Source: Minisyncoccota bacterium
GTDB taxonomy: Bacteria; Patescibacteriota; Minisyncoccia; 2-02-FULL-40-12; GWA2-44-9
NCBI GenBank assembly: GCA_035620375.1
Contig: DASPGX010000006.1
Coordinates: 6,156-70,155 of the forward strand
Direction: 5' to 3'
DNA length: 64,000 nt
Part shown: positions 46,334-54,724 of the stretch, one piece after another
Layout of the letters: each line of letters opens with the position of its first letter
How positions within the stretch are numbered: the first letter of the stretch is position 1
The notes under the pieces: model-generated
What the model was told of the DNA's origin: nothing
The model's input: only the letters and a program-made list of their open reading frames with translations
Databases searched by the model: none
Program-made: the position numbers and the translations under genes

Positions 46334-47743
46334 ATGATCAGTGTCATTCTGACCGCCATTCTGGCGGCGGCCCTGGCGGGCCTGGTCATCCGGTACGCGC
46401 TGCTCCGCTGGAGCCGCGACCTGCGCATCACCTGGAGCGAGTATACGGTCGGGATGCTTGCCATCTCGTTCGTCGTCTCGCCGGTCGTCGCGGTCGTCGG
46501 CTGGAAGGTGGTGCAGGGGAATAACCTGTCGTTCAACGAGTACTGGAACGGCTGGGAGACCAAGGCCGTCAAGCAGCGTATCGAGTGTACGCGCGACGGT
46601 CCGTGCTATTGGGAGTACAACTGCGACCCGTACCGGTGTAACCCGCACGACTGCAACTGTGTGTGCGTGAGCCGGGACGAGGACGGCCGTTGTACGAGCG
46701 AGAGCTGCGATACATGCTGGGACACGTGCTACCACGACTGTCCGTACGTCACGGACGAGTACGATTACCTCGTGGACAGCACCATCGGTCCGTTCACCAT
46801 CGCATCGCACGTCTTTCCCGTGAATCCGGACTCCCACCGCTGGCGCGCCGGCACCCGCGTGCCCGATGAGGTCATCGCGCGCGCGGGAGTCGGCGACCCG
46901 CTGTTCTGGACGGACGCCAAGCGCAGATGCGACGCGGACGTTCCCGGACCGGTAACCCGCCGTTCGGCCTACGACAACTACGTTCTGGCGAGCGAGGGCA
47001 CCATCCTGAAAGAGTACTCCGGAGACATCGCGGATTACCGCGATGCCGGGCTCCTCCCGCGCCTGAACGGGAGCGTGCAGGAGTATTACCACGCGGACAA
47101 GGTGTACTTCGTCGGCTTCCGGCCGGCGGATGCACCGGCGTGGAACCGCGCCGCGGAGTTCCTGAACGCGCAGCTGGGCAGGGAGCTTCAGGGCGACCTG
47201 CATCTGGTCGTCATCAGGGACGGCAAGGTTACGGCGAATCCCGACCGCTACGCGTATGCCCTGAAAGCGCACTGGCAGGACAAGGCCGAATACGGCGACG
47301 ACACGCTCGCCAAGAACGGCATCGTCATTCTCATCGGCACCGCGGACGGCGCAACGGTCGCCTGGTCACGGGCGTTCACGGGAATGCCCATGGGGAACGA
47401 AAAGCTGCTGGTGGTTCTGCGTGACGGGCTTAAGGGCCTGCCGCTGCACGCCGTGGACCTCATCGGTCCCGGCGCAAGCCAGCGTGTCGGCGCCGTAACA
47501 CGGCATCCCCGGAACATCGCGCCGGCGGCGCTGGAGCGCGTGCTCTGGGGCCTGGACGACGCGTCCACGAAGTTCACCCGCCTGGAGATGACCGGTCCGG
47601 ACGGTCAGAGCGGGTATCTGTACCTCCGGGACGAGATACGGCTGTCGGAAAACCAGACGTACGGCGTGTTCGCCGTCGTCCTGGCCGCCTGCCTGCTCGT
47701 GTGGCTGTTCTTCGCGTTCTTCGAACACCGGCGGCTGCAGTAG
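46334..47743 (+). CDS. Membrane protein with extracytoplasmic Cys-rich knot (469 aa)
   Basis: Two N-terminal TMs and one C-terminal TM. About 45-aa segment containing 16 Cys (CYWEYNCDPYRCNPHDCNCVCVSRDEDGRCTSESCDTCWDTCYHDCPY). No known domain. Confidence 0.55.
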   Translation: MISVILTAILAAALAGLVIRYALLRWSRDLRITWSEYTVGMLAISFVVSPVVAVVGWKVVQGNNLSFNEYWNGWETKAVKQRIECTRDGPCYWEYNCDPYRCNPHDCNCVCVSRDEDGRCTSESCDTCWDTCYHDCPYVTDEYDYLVDSTIGPFTIASHVFPVNPDSHRWRAGTRVPDEVIARAGVGDPLFWTDAKRRCDADVPGPVTRRSAYDNYVLASEGTILKEYSGDIADYRDAGLLPRLNGSVQEYYHADKVYFVGFRPADAPAWNRAAEFLNAQLGRELQGDLHLVVIRDGKVTANPDRYAYALKAHWQDKAEYGDDTLAKNGIVILIGTADGATVAWSRAFTGMPMGNEKLLVVLRDGLKGLPLHAVDLIGPGASQRVGAVTRHPRNIAPAALERVLWGLDDASTKFTRLEMTGPDGQSGYLYLRDEIRLSENQTYGVFAVVLAACLLVWLFFAFFEHRRLQ

Positions 47744-47787
47744 CACCGGTACGGAACCATGTCCATAAAACAAAAGGAGAAGCAAAG

Positions 47788-48429
47788 ATGACGTTCAGGA
47801 CAAACGAGCGCGGCGGCGCCGCGCTCTTCGTGGTACTGGCCATCGCGGCCGCCTTCGTCGTGTTCGGCGTCGCGCTCTACGGGTACGCCGTGAGCATCCG
47901 CAACGCCGCACTGGACCGTGAGCTGCAGCTGGTCGCCCAGTACAAGGTGAACCAGACGGAGCTTTCCTCCTACGTCTCCACGTTCTACGAGCAGGTCGGC
48001 GTCGCCAACCTGAAGTCGGCAAAGGTGGACGAAGTCATCCGCGGCGCCCTGCAGGGCCGCTTCGGAGACGACGGTTTCCAGGGCGGCTCACTGTTCGCGG
48101 CGTTTCACGAGGCGTATCCGGACGTGCAGGCGCTGAACATCTACGACCAGATCCTGCCGACCATCGCCGCCGGGCGCGAGGGCTTCCGCAACAAGCAACA
48201 GAAGATCATCGACGAAGCGCGCGCCTACGACCGGTGGCGCAAGGACGGCATCTTCCGCGCCTGGGTCCTGTCCGGCATCTATCCGAGCAGCGACCTGGCC
48301 ATCGACGTCGGCGGCGAGACGCTGTACGCCGAGGCCGCGCTGAAGCATCTGGCCAATCCCGTGCTGGACTCGAGGACCAACAAGGCCTACGAGACGCACG
48401 AGCTGGAGCCGCTCGCTCCGCCGCGGTAA
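47788..48429 (+). CDS. N-terminally anchored membrane/extracytoplasmic hypothetical protein (213 aa)
   Basis: AAGGAGAAG RBS. TM GAALFVVLAIAAAFVVFGVALYGY. Terminator GAAGGGGGCGC-cat-GCGCCCCCTTC + T-run at 48440-48480. Confidence 0.55.
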   Translation: MTFRTNERGGAALFVVLAIAAAFVVFGVALYGYAVSIRNAALDRELQLVAQYKVNQTELSSYVSTFYEQVGVANLKSAKVDEVIRGALQGRFGDDGFQGGSLFAAFHEAYPDVQALNIYDQILPTIAAGREGFRNKQQKIIDEARAYDRWRKDGIFRAWVLSGIYPSSDLAIDVGGETLYAEAALKHLANPVLDSRTNKAYETHELEPLAPPR

Positions 48430-48473
48430 CGACCGCCAAGCACCCGAAGGGGGCGCCATGCGCCCCCTTCTTT

Positions 48474-49073
48474 TTATTTTCCGTCGCGGTACAGGCCCCG
48501 TTCCCGGATATAGCGGGCGACGGCCGGCGTCAGATACGGAACGCCGGACTGTCCGGCGTTGATGAGCCGGCGGATGAACGTGCTGGAAACGTCTATCCAG
48601 GCGAATGCGTTGTCGATGAGCGCGGACCGGGGAGGAAGCCGGTCATTGAGCATCGTGCCCGGACGCTGGATGACCGCGAACTTACCCTCTTCAAAAAGCT
48701 CCAGCCCCTTTTCCCATGTCCGGGTCATGTCATGCAGCAGTTCGGAACTGATGATGAAATGGAATTCATGGCCGGGATGAGCCGATTCCAGCTCCTTCAT
48801 CGTGTCGTACGTCAGGGTGTGCACGGGGCGGTCCAGTTCCGCCCGCGAAACCGTCACCGGGACCGCAGCGTCGGTGAACAGCTCCTCGGCCATCCGGGTG
48901 AGCATGGCGAAGCGGTCTTCGCCCGGGGCGGAGATGAGCTTGTCGGCGCGGTCCGCGGACGGCATGAGCCACACCTCGTCGCAGGGAAAAAGGCGGATAA
49001 CCGCTTCAATGACTGATGCATGTCCGATGTGGGGAGGGGAGAACGACCCTCCGTATATGGCGATTCGTTTCAT
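48474..49073 (-). CDS. nadD: Nicotinate-nucleotide adenylyltransferase
   Basis: MKRIAIYGGSFSPPHIGH (HxGH cytidylyltransferase motif), about 199 aa. Start is taken at the internal ATG, not the track extension. Confidence 0.8.
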   Translation of the reverse strand: MKRIAIYGGSFSPPHIGHASVIEAVIRLFPCDEVWLMPSADRADKLISAPGEDRFAMLTRMAEELFTDAAVPVTVSRAELDRPVHTLTYDTMKELESAHPGHEFHFIISSELLHDMTRTWEKGLELFEEGKFAVIQRPGTMLNDRLPPRSALIDNAFAWIDVSSTFIRRLINAGQSGVPYLTPAVARYIRERGLYRDGK

Positions 49074-49141
49074 ACGGCAATGATATATGGAAACGGGTCC
49101 CGTCGTCACGACGGGACCCGGTGAACACTTCCGGCGTCGGC

Positions 49142-50440
49142 CTAATACCTCGGCTGTTTGCTGAAGGTACCGGTGTAGCCGAAGATGCGCTTGAACCGCT
49201 CCACGTCTTCGGGCTTGCCCATGGCCTTGTCCAGGTTGTCCGAGAGCTTCACGGTTTTGTGTCCGTTGCACTCCAGGAGTTTCATGACCAGGGACAGCGG
49301 CTCCAGATCCGGACCGAAATCGTTGGTCAGGTTGGTGCCCCAGCCGAACGTCACGGTGATGCGGCCGGAGAACCGCTCGTACAGCTCGCGGATGGTGTCC
49401 ACGTCCAGGCCGTCCGAGAAGACGATGAGCTTGGTACGCGGACTCACGCCGACTGACTCGTAGTACCGGATGAGCTTCTCGCCGTAGGCGAACGGGTCTC
49501 CCGAGTCCTGCCGCGTGCCTTTCCAGGCCGCGGCGCGCTCGGGGCCGAATGACTTCAGGAAGAAGTCCGTCCCGTACGTGTCCGACAGGGCCACCGACAG
49601 CGGCTGGGCGAAGTGTTCGTACCAGCGGTCAAACGTCGCGTTCTGGCTGGCCACGATGTCCTCGTTGCTGCCGTGCATGATGCCGGACATCCCCATGACC
49701 AGCTCGTGGGCGAACGTGCCCATGGGCACCGTGTGGTTTTCCATGGAGAGCATCACGTTGCTCGTGCCGCGGTACTGCGCCGGCCCCAGCTCGTTGAGCA
49801 GGACCTCGTTGACGTACCGCTGCCATGCCAGACAGGCGCGGCGGCGGGTGCCGAAGTCCACGATCGTAATGCCCGGGTACCGCTTGAGGATGTTGACCTT
49901 CTCCAGTAGACGGCTCTGCGCCTGGGCCCACACGCACTGCCGCTCGAACGGCGACAGCTTGGCGATGCAGTGCTCGAAGTACAGCTGGGCCACGACCTGC
50001 AGGACATGAATCTCCCACAGGGTCACCTCAAACCAGGAACCGCGGGCCTCGATGCTGTACGTCCCGTTGATTTCCCTGGTGAGCCGGTAGTCCGGCAGGC
50101 GGTAGTCACGGAGCGCGTCCACGAACGGCTGCTCGAACATCCGTCGGTTCACCTCGCCGTCCGCCGTCGTCTCGCTGGCGAAATGGCCGCCGAGGTACCG
50201 CAGCTCGGTCTCGTTGAACGACAGCGTCCGCGCATGGTCCAGCTCGCGCCTGATGTCCTCCTCGCGGAGAATGTGGCCGAGCTCCACGCGGGACGTGCGG
50301 TTCTTGAAGGCGAACTGCACCTGCGCGTGATGCATGTCCGGACGCGCATGGATGAGCGCCAGCATACTGAGCTTGTAGAAGTCATCGTCCGCCAGCGAGG
50401 TGACGATGGGACCTTCTCTGCGGAACGGGTCGTGCAGCAC
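49142..50440 (-). CDS. pncB: Nicotinate phosphoribosyltransferase
   Basis: PncB-family length and motifs (DFGTRR region). GTG start 6 nt after GAGGAGGAGG. Hairpin GGGTCCCGTCGTCACGACGGGACCC lies downstream at 49093-49117. Confidence 0.75.
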   Translation of the reverse strand: MLHDPFRREGPIVTSLADDDFYKLSMLALIHARPDMHHAQVQFAFKNRTSRVELGHILREEDIRRELDHARTLSFNETELRYLGGHFASETTADGEVNRRMFEQPFVDALRDYRLPDYRLTREINGTYSIEARGSWFEVTLWEIHVLQVVAQLYFEHCIAKLSPFERQCVWAQAQSRLLEKVNILKRYPGITIVDFGTRRRACLAWQRYVNEVLLNELGPAQYRGTSNVMLSMENHTVPMGTFAHELVMGMSGIMHGSNEDIVASQNATFDRWYEHFAQPLSVALSDTYGTDFFLKSFGPERAAAWKGTRQDSGDPFAYGEKLIRYYESVGVSPRTKLIVFSDGLDVDTIRELYERFSGRITVTFGWGTNLTNDFGPDLEPLSLVMKLLECNGHKTVKLSDNLDKAMGKPEDVERFKRIFGYTGTFSKQPRY

Positions 50441-50441
50441 G

Positions 50442-51050
50442 TTACGCCTCCTCCTCGGCGATGACCTGTGCGGTCGTGGTGAGGATGGCGCCCGCGGCGC
50501 GCATCTCCTCCAGGGCACGGTCGCCGTCACCGGGGTTCACGTCGACCGCTGCGACGGCGTCGGTGAGGACGCGTACCCGTCTGATGAACGGGAGCCGGCA
50601 TGCGTCCAGGACGCCGTCCTTGTCGCAGTAGTCGGTCGCCAGACCGCCGAGAAGCACGTCGTCCACACCTGCGTCTTCCAGGAACTGCACCGAGGTCCTG
50701 CCGTCGGGAACGTAGGCGTTCGCGCAAAGCGGGGAGTATCCGTCCTCGTCGTCGCGCATCGCCTTGGAGACGATGACCGCGTTCCGGCTGACCCTGAGGT
50801 CGTCGTGGAACTCGGCCCCGCGCGTGCCCTGGACGCAGTGCACGGGCCAGGGACCGCCGAACTCCGCGAAGTGGGTGGTCCGGCGGGGATGCCAGTCGCG
50901 GCTGATGAGCACCAGCCAGCCCTTGCGTTCCGCCAGGTCCTGCATCGCGTTGAGCGGACCCATTACGGCGTCGCCTCCCGCGACGGGCAGGGCGCCGCCC
51001 GGACAGAAGTCCTTCTGGGGGTCCACAATAATCAGCGCTGTTTTCGGCAT
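50442..51050 (-). CDS. pncA: Nicotinamidase (isochorismatase family)
   Basis: MPKTALIIVDPQKDFCPGGAL N-terminus and catalytic Cys region of isochorismatase-like hydrolases. Start coordinate is uncertain: the PncA-like ATG (MPKTALIIVD) reads as 51047-51049, which is 1 nt out of register with the ORF-track frame; probably a hand-indexing slip that could not be resolved. Confidence 0.75.
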   Translation of the reverse strand: MPKTALIIVDPQKDFCPGGALPVAGGDAVMGPLNAMQDLAERKGWLVLISRDWHPRRTTHFAEFGGPWPVHCVQGTRGAEFHDDLRVSRNAVIVSKAMRDDEDGYSPLCANAYVPDGRTSVQFLEDAGVDDVLLGGLATDYCDKDGVLDACRLPFIRRVRVLTDAVAAVDVNPGDGDRALEEMRAAGAILTTTAQVIAEEEA

Positions 51051-51101
51051 GGCTTGCCTTCCTTTCAAAATGTACGGTACACCGGCCGCTTCGGGCTCGG
51101 A

Positions 51102-51120
51102 TAGTGTACTGTATACACTA
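51102..51120. promoter_or_regulatory. Putative NrtR operator 1: TAGTGTA-ctgta-TACACTA (plus nearby TGTACgGTACA palindrome at 51071-51081)
   Basis: Perfect 7-bp arms with GT-N7-AC core, located between the Nudix-fusion gene stop and the pncA start. Confidence 0.55.
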
Positions 51121-51182
51121 TATACCCCCCGGCTCGGGAATGCAAGCGGCAAAAAGCCCCTCCGTTTCCGGAGGGGCCGTTG

Positions 51183-52205
51183 TCAGATGAGCCCGCGTGA
51201 GTGCAGGACGGGCAATGCCGCCAGGAGCTTCATGTCCACGAGCTGGTTCGCGGGCGGACGCTCCACGAACTCCACCAGGCCGTCCAGCGGGACGAGCAGT
51301 GTACGCAGGTCCTCGCTGCTTTCCAATTGCGGCTCGTGCAGCTGCACGACGTCCTTGGTGAAGAACACCGACATGACGTCGCTGCTGGCGCCGGCATTGA
51401 ACGGTCCCCGGAGGACCAGTTCCATCGGAGTGCCTCCGCCGTACCCGGTTTCCTCGGCCAGCTCGCGTTCGGCGAGCTTTTCGGCCGGTTCGCCGTCCCG
51501 GTCGGCAAGTCCCGCCGGCTTCTCTACGACCCACGCGTCATGCGGGACGCGGTAGGAGCTGACCAGGACGACCTGCCGGTCGCGGGTGAGCGCGAACACG
51601 GAGACGATGTCGCCGAACGTATTCCGGCGCACCGTTTCGTACCAGCGGACCTTACCGAGCTTATCCAGGTACTTCGTCGTCTCCACGCGGACATAGCCGC
51701 CGTTCCAGGCGACGGGCCGCGATAGGATGCGCTCTGAGCCGGTAGGCAGGGTCGCCTGCGCCACCGCCGCGCCGACGGCGCCCTGCAGTGACCATGAGTA
51801 GGGGATGCCGTACTCGTGACTGGCCGCTTCCCAGTACTGCATGTGCGGCGCATGGCGCGGAGCTCCGACGACCGCCTTGCCCGAGCGCATGAACATGCCG
51901 AACTCCACATTGGTGGTCATCGCCGGCATGGTGACCATGTCCCGGGGAACCCAGAACAGGACGACGTCCGCACGGTTCAGCCACCGGTGCTCCCAGCGGA
52001 CCTGCTCGGCATACTCCGGCCATCCGTCGCCCGGCGCGGGTTCGGGAACGATGACATTCCCGTTGAATCCCGTGTCTGCCAGTATCTGAAGAGCGGCGGG
52101 CCGCCACGAGGGGACCGGCCGTTCTTTGCGCGGGGTCGGCCCCGCCAGGAAGATGGTGGGCAGCCGCGCGTCGCGCGGCTCACCCGGAGTGTATACGATG
52201 TCCAT
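51183..52205 (-). CDS. Fusion protein: nucleoside 2-deoxyribosyltransferase-like (DNPH1/YtoQ-type) N-domain + NUDIX hydrolase C-domain (340 aa)
   Basis: N-terminal TIFLAGPTP...VVLFW pattern of the NDT-like fold. C-terminal Nudix box E-x7-REUxEExGU (GEPAEKLAERELAEETGY). AGGAG RBS. Confidence 0.65.
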   Translation of the reverse strand: MDIVYTPGEPRDARLPTIFLAGPTPRKERPVPSWRPAALQILADTGFNGNVIVPEPAPGDGWPEYAEQVRWEHRWLNRADVVLFWVPRDMVTMPAMTTNVEFGMFMRSGKAVVGAPRHAPHMQYWEAASHEYGIPYSWSLQGAVGAAVAQATLPTGSERILSRPVAWNGGYVRVETTKYLDKLGKVRWYETVRRNTFGDIVSVFALTRDRQVVLVSSYRVPHDAWVVEKPAGLADRDGEPAEKLAERELAEETGYGGGTPMELVLRGPFNAGASSDVMSVFFTKDVVQLHEPQLESSEDLRTLLVPLDGLVEFVERPPANQLVDMKLLAALPVLHSRGLI

Positions 52206-52208
52206 GGG

Positions 52209-53261
52209 TTACTCCTTGATGCCCAGCCGTGCGCACAGGCGTTCGGCGGTGTCCAGGATGCGTTCGCGGTGCGCCAGGCCGGCGACGAGATGCTCCGGGA
52301 ACAGCGCGGCGCCGTGCACGGCGCCCAGCATGCCGCCGACGATGGACGCGTTGGTGTCCGTATCCCCGCCGGCACTGATGGTGTCATAGAGCGTTTCCAC
52401 GCTGTCCGGATTGCGCAGGAACATGCCGTAGCAGAAGGGGAGCGTGAAGTTGACATGAAACCGGTCGCCGCCGAGGGTCGCATCCCATGCCTGGGGTGTG
52501 ACGAACGGCAGCATCGTTTTGAACGCGTTCAGGCCTTCCAGCCGCCAGTACAACTCCTGGCCGTGGTGCGAGACCGGACCGAAATCCGGTACGCCGTCCA
52601 GGGTTTCCACGATCTCACTGACCAGATACCGTCCGATGAGACCGGAGTGGCGCCGGGAGGAGAACGTCAGACAGAGGGCGATAGCCGATGCGTGCGCCAC
52701 GGCCGACATCCCGCCGACGTCGGTGCCGTGTGTCATGTGCGCCAAAGCGATGATGTCATGCTCCAGTCCTTCCCAGGACTGCCGGGGCCCGTCCCAGGGT
52801 CCGGGGGACGCCAGATACAGGCCGACAGGCGCCACCTTCATGGGCAGGGCATTTCCCATGCCCCGCTTGGGGTTGTTGCTGATGCCTGATTCCGTGGGCT
52901 TCTCGCCCTCGCGCAGGCGCCGCAAAGCGTCCCGCGTAGAACCTCCAAGACCGAGGTCGCCGAACTCGTCCAAAAGGACGAGGTGCCACTTCGCCTGGTT
53001 CTCCAGGTCCAGGCGCCCCGTCTCGATGATGCTCTCGGCGACGGCCAGCGTCAGCTGGGTGTCATCCGACCACATGCCCGCCGGTTTTTCCGAGGACCAC
53101 TTGTGGGTCGGGTTCTGCCGGTAATCGGTGATGCGTCCGAACTCCGTCCGGATGCGGCCCGCGTCGTACGTTTCCACGGGAACGCCCAGAGCATCGCCGA
53201 TGGCGACGCCCAGAAACATGCCCCGGACCTGGTCACGGACCGGCGAATCTCCCAGTCGCAT
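52209..53261 (-). CDS. ADP-ribosylglycohydrolase family protein
   Basis: N-terminal VRGMFLGVAIGDALGVPVE metal-binding motif and overall ARH/DraG-like helical architecture, about 350 aa. Confidence 0.75.
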   Translation of the reverse strand: MRLGDSPVRDQVRGMFLGVAIGDALGVPVETYDAGRIRTEFGRITDYRQNPTHKWSSEKPAGMWSDDTQLTLAVAESIIETGRLDLENQAKWHLVLLDEFGDLGLGGSTRDALRRLREGEKPTESGISNNPKRGMGNALPMKVAPVGLYLASPGPWDGPRQSWEGLEHDIIALAHMTHGTDVGGMSAVAHASAIALCLTFSSRRHSGLIGRYLVSEIVETLDGVPDFGPVSHHGQELYWRLEGLNAFKTMLPFVTPQAWDATLGGDRFHVNFTLPFCYGMFLRNPDSVETLYDTISAGGDTDTNASIVGGMLGAVHGAALFPEHLVAGLAHRERILDTAERLCARLGIKE

Positions 53262-53277
53262 AATTACCTTCCTTTTT

Positions 53278-53296
53278 AGTGTACGAGATACACTAT
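53278..53296. promoter_or_regulatory. Putative NrtR operator 2: TAGTGTA-cgaga-TACACTA
   Basis: Same 19-bp palindrome, 17 nt upstream of the ARH start codon (minus strand). Confidence 0.55.
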
Positions 53297-53319
53297 ATTA
53301 TCACCGCGGAGGGCCGGAT

Positions 53320-53856
53320 TCAAGAGGACGGACCACCCGGCGAGAACTCGGAGGCGAGAAGACCCATGCGCACAATATCGTGGTATTCGCCCTGCCAGAA
53401 ATATTCCTCGCGGAGGACGCCTTCTTGCCGGAAGCCCAATTTTTCGTAAATATGCAGCCCCTTTTTGTTTTCAGCCCAGACCATAAGCCACACCTTATTG
53501 AGCCCGAATTCGCCGAACGCTTTCTCCAGGAGCAGTCCAAGCGCGTGTTGCGCATAGCCCATGCCTGAGTGCTCCGGTTTGATGAAGAGTGACAATCTGC
53601 CGAGCTTGTTCTCCCAGCTGATCTGATTCACGGCCGTCTGTCCGACGTACGCCCCGTTGCCGGAACGGAAGATGGAAAACACACGGTCGTTAGGACTGGC
53701 GATGAGTCGTCCGATGAACGCCGCTTCCTCCTCCCGTGAAATGGAACGGTCGAAATGCTGGAAATTTTTGACGACGTCCGGGTCATTGACCCACGTCATC
53801 ACGTCGTCCAGGTGCTCGGCGGCCAGAGGCCGTAATTCCAAGCTTGAAGTGTTCAT
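53320..53856 (-). CDS. GNAT-family N-acetyltransferase (RimJ/RimL-like)
   Basis: Acetyl-CoA-binding motif region (RSGNGAYVGQTAV...GMGYAQHALGLLLEKAF). Confidence 0.7.
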   Translation of the reverse strand: MNTSSLELRPLAAEHLDDVMTWVNDPDVVKNFQHFDRSISREEEAAFIGRLIASPNDRVFSIFRSGNGAYVGQTAVNQISWENKLGRLSLFIKPEHSGMGYAQHALGLLLEKAFGEFGLNKVWLMVWAENKKGLHIYEKLGFRQEGVLREEYFWQGEYHDIVRMGLLASEFSPGGPSS

Positions 53857-54039
53857 CGGTATTTATGATTGACCGGATATGCGCTTGCGCGAGGCCGAGG
53901 CACGGGGAATGCGGCGAGGGAGTCGTACTCAACGTACGTCGACCGAGCCGCAGGGGCCCCGTAACGAAGGTATCGCGCAAGCCCGGAGGGTCCGGCCTGG
54001 CAGGGCATCAGTCCCGCCCTGAGGCCGGACGCGCGCCGG

Positions 54040-54714
54040 TCAGAGCGCTTTAGTGAGTTCCGTCGGCTGCTTGGAGACAAACGCATACAGCCGTGCCGGC
54101 CGGCGCTGGCCGCCCTTCGTGGTGCGGCCCGTGGACCGGATGAGTCCCAGGGACAGGAATTTCTTGCGGAAGTTCCGTTTGTCCAGCTTCCGGCCGAGCA
54201 CCGCCTCGTACACGCGCTGAAGTTCGGTCAGCGTGAACGTCCGGGGGAGCAGGGAATAAGCCGCGTTCGTGTAGCCGAGTTTGGCGCGTACGCGCTTGAG
54301 CGCGTAGCCGATGATGCGCTTATGGTCAAACGCCAACTTGGGCGGCCGCGAAGCCGGAAACAGCGTGGGCGACTGCAGCGTTGCCGATGTCCGCGGCTTG
54401 AGCCGGGAAACCGGCACCAGGGCGACGTAGGCGACCGAAGGGATGTCTCCCCGCGGGTCACGGCCGGACGAGTCGAACGTATACAACTGTTCCACATACA
54501 CGCCCCGTACTCCCGACTTCTCGCGCAGGACGCGCTCCACCGTTCCCGTCAGCGTTTCTCCGGTTCTCGGAAATCCTCCCGGAAGCGCCCAGGCGCCTTT
54601 GAACGGCACCTTTGCACGCTTAATAAGGAGGACGTTGAGCGCGTCATCGTGCACGGTGAAAACAACCACGTCCGTGGAGATGGAGAGTTCGCGGTATCCG
54701 GGAAAACGTTTCAT
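54040..54714 (-). CDS. nrtR: NrtR-like Nudix-related transcriptional regulator
   Basis: N-terminal Nudix fold with degenerate Nudix box (GETLTGTVERVLREKSGV). C-terminal winged-helix with FTLTELQRVYEAVLGRKLDKRNFRKK motif characteristic of the NrtR DNA-binding domain. Immediately downstream of nadE. Confidence 0.7.
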   Translation of the reverse strand: MKRFPGYRELSISTDVVVFTVHDDALNVLLIKRAKVPFKGAWALPGGFPRTGETLTGTVERVLREKSGVRGVYVEQLYTFDSSGRDPRGDIPSVAYVALVPVSRLKPRTSATLQSPTLFPASRPPKLAFDHKRIIGYALKRVRAKLGYTNAAYSLLPRTFTLTELQRVYEAVLGRKLDKRNFRKKFLSLGLIRSTGRTTKGGQRRPARLYAFVSKQPTELTKAL

Positions 54715-54724
54715 GATATGTATG

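Noticed and set aside
47788-48429. LemA-family assignment for the 213-aa membrane protein
   Set aside because: The diagnostic QRRxDLIPNLV motif is absent. Left as hypothetical.
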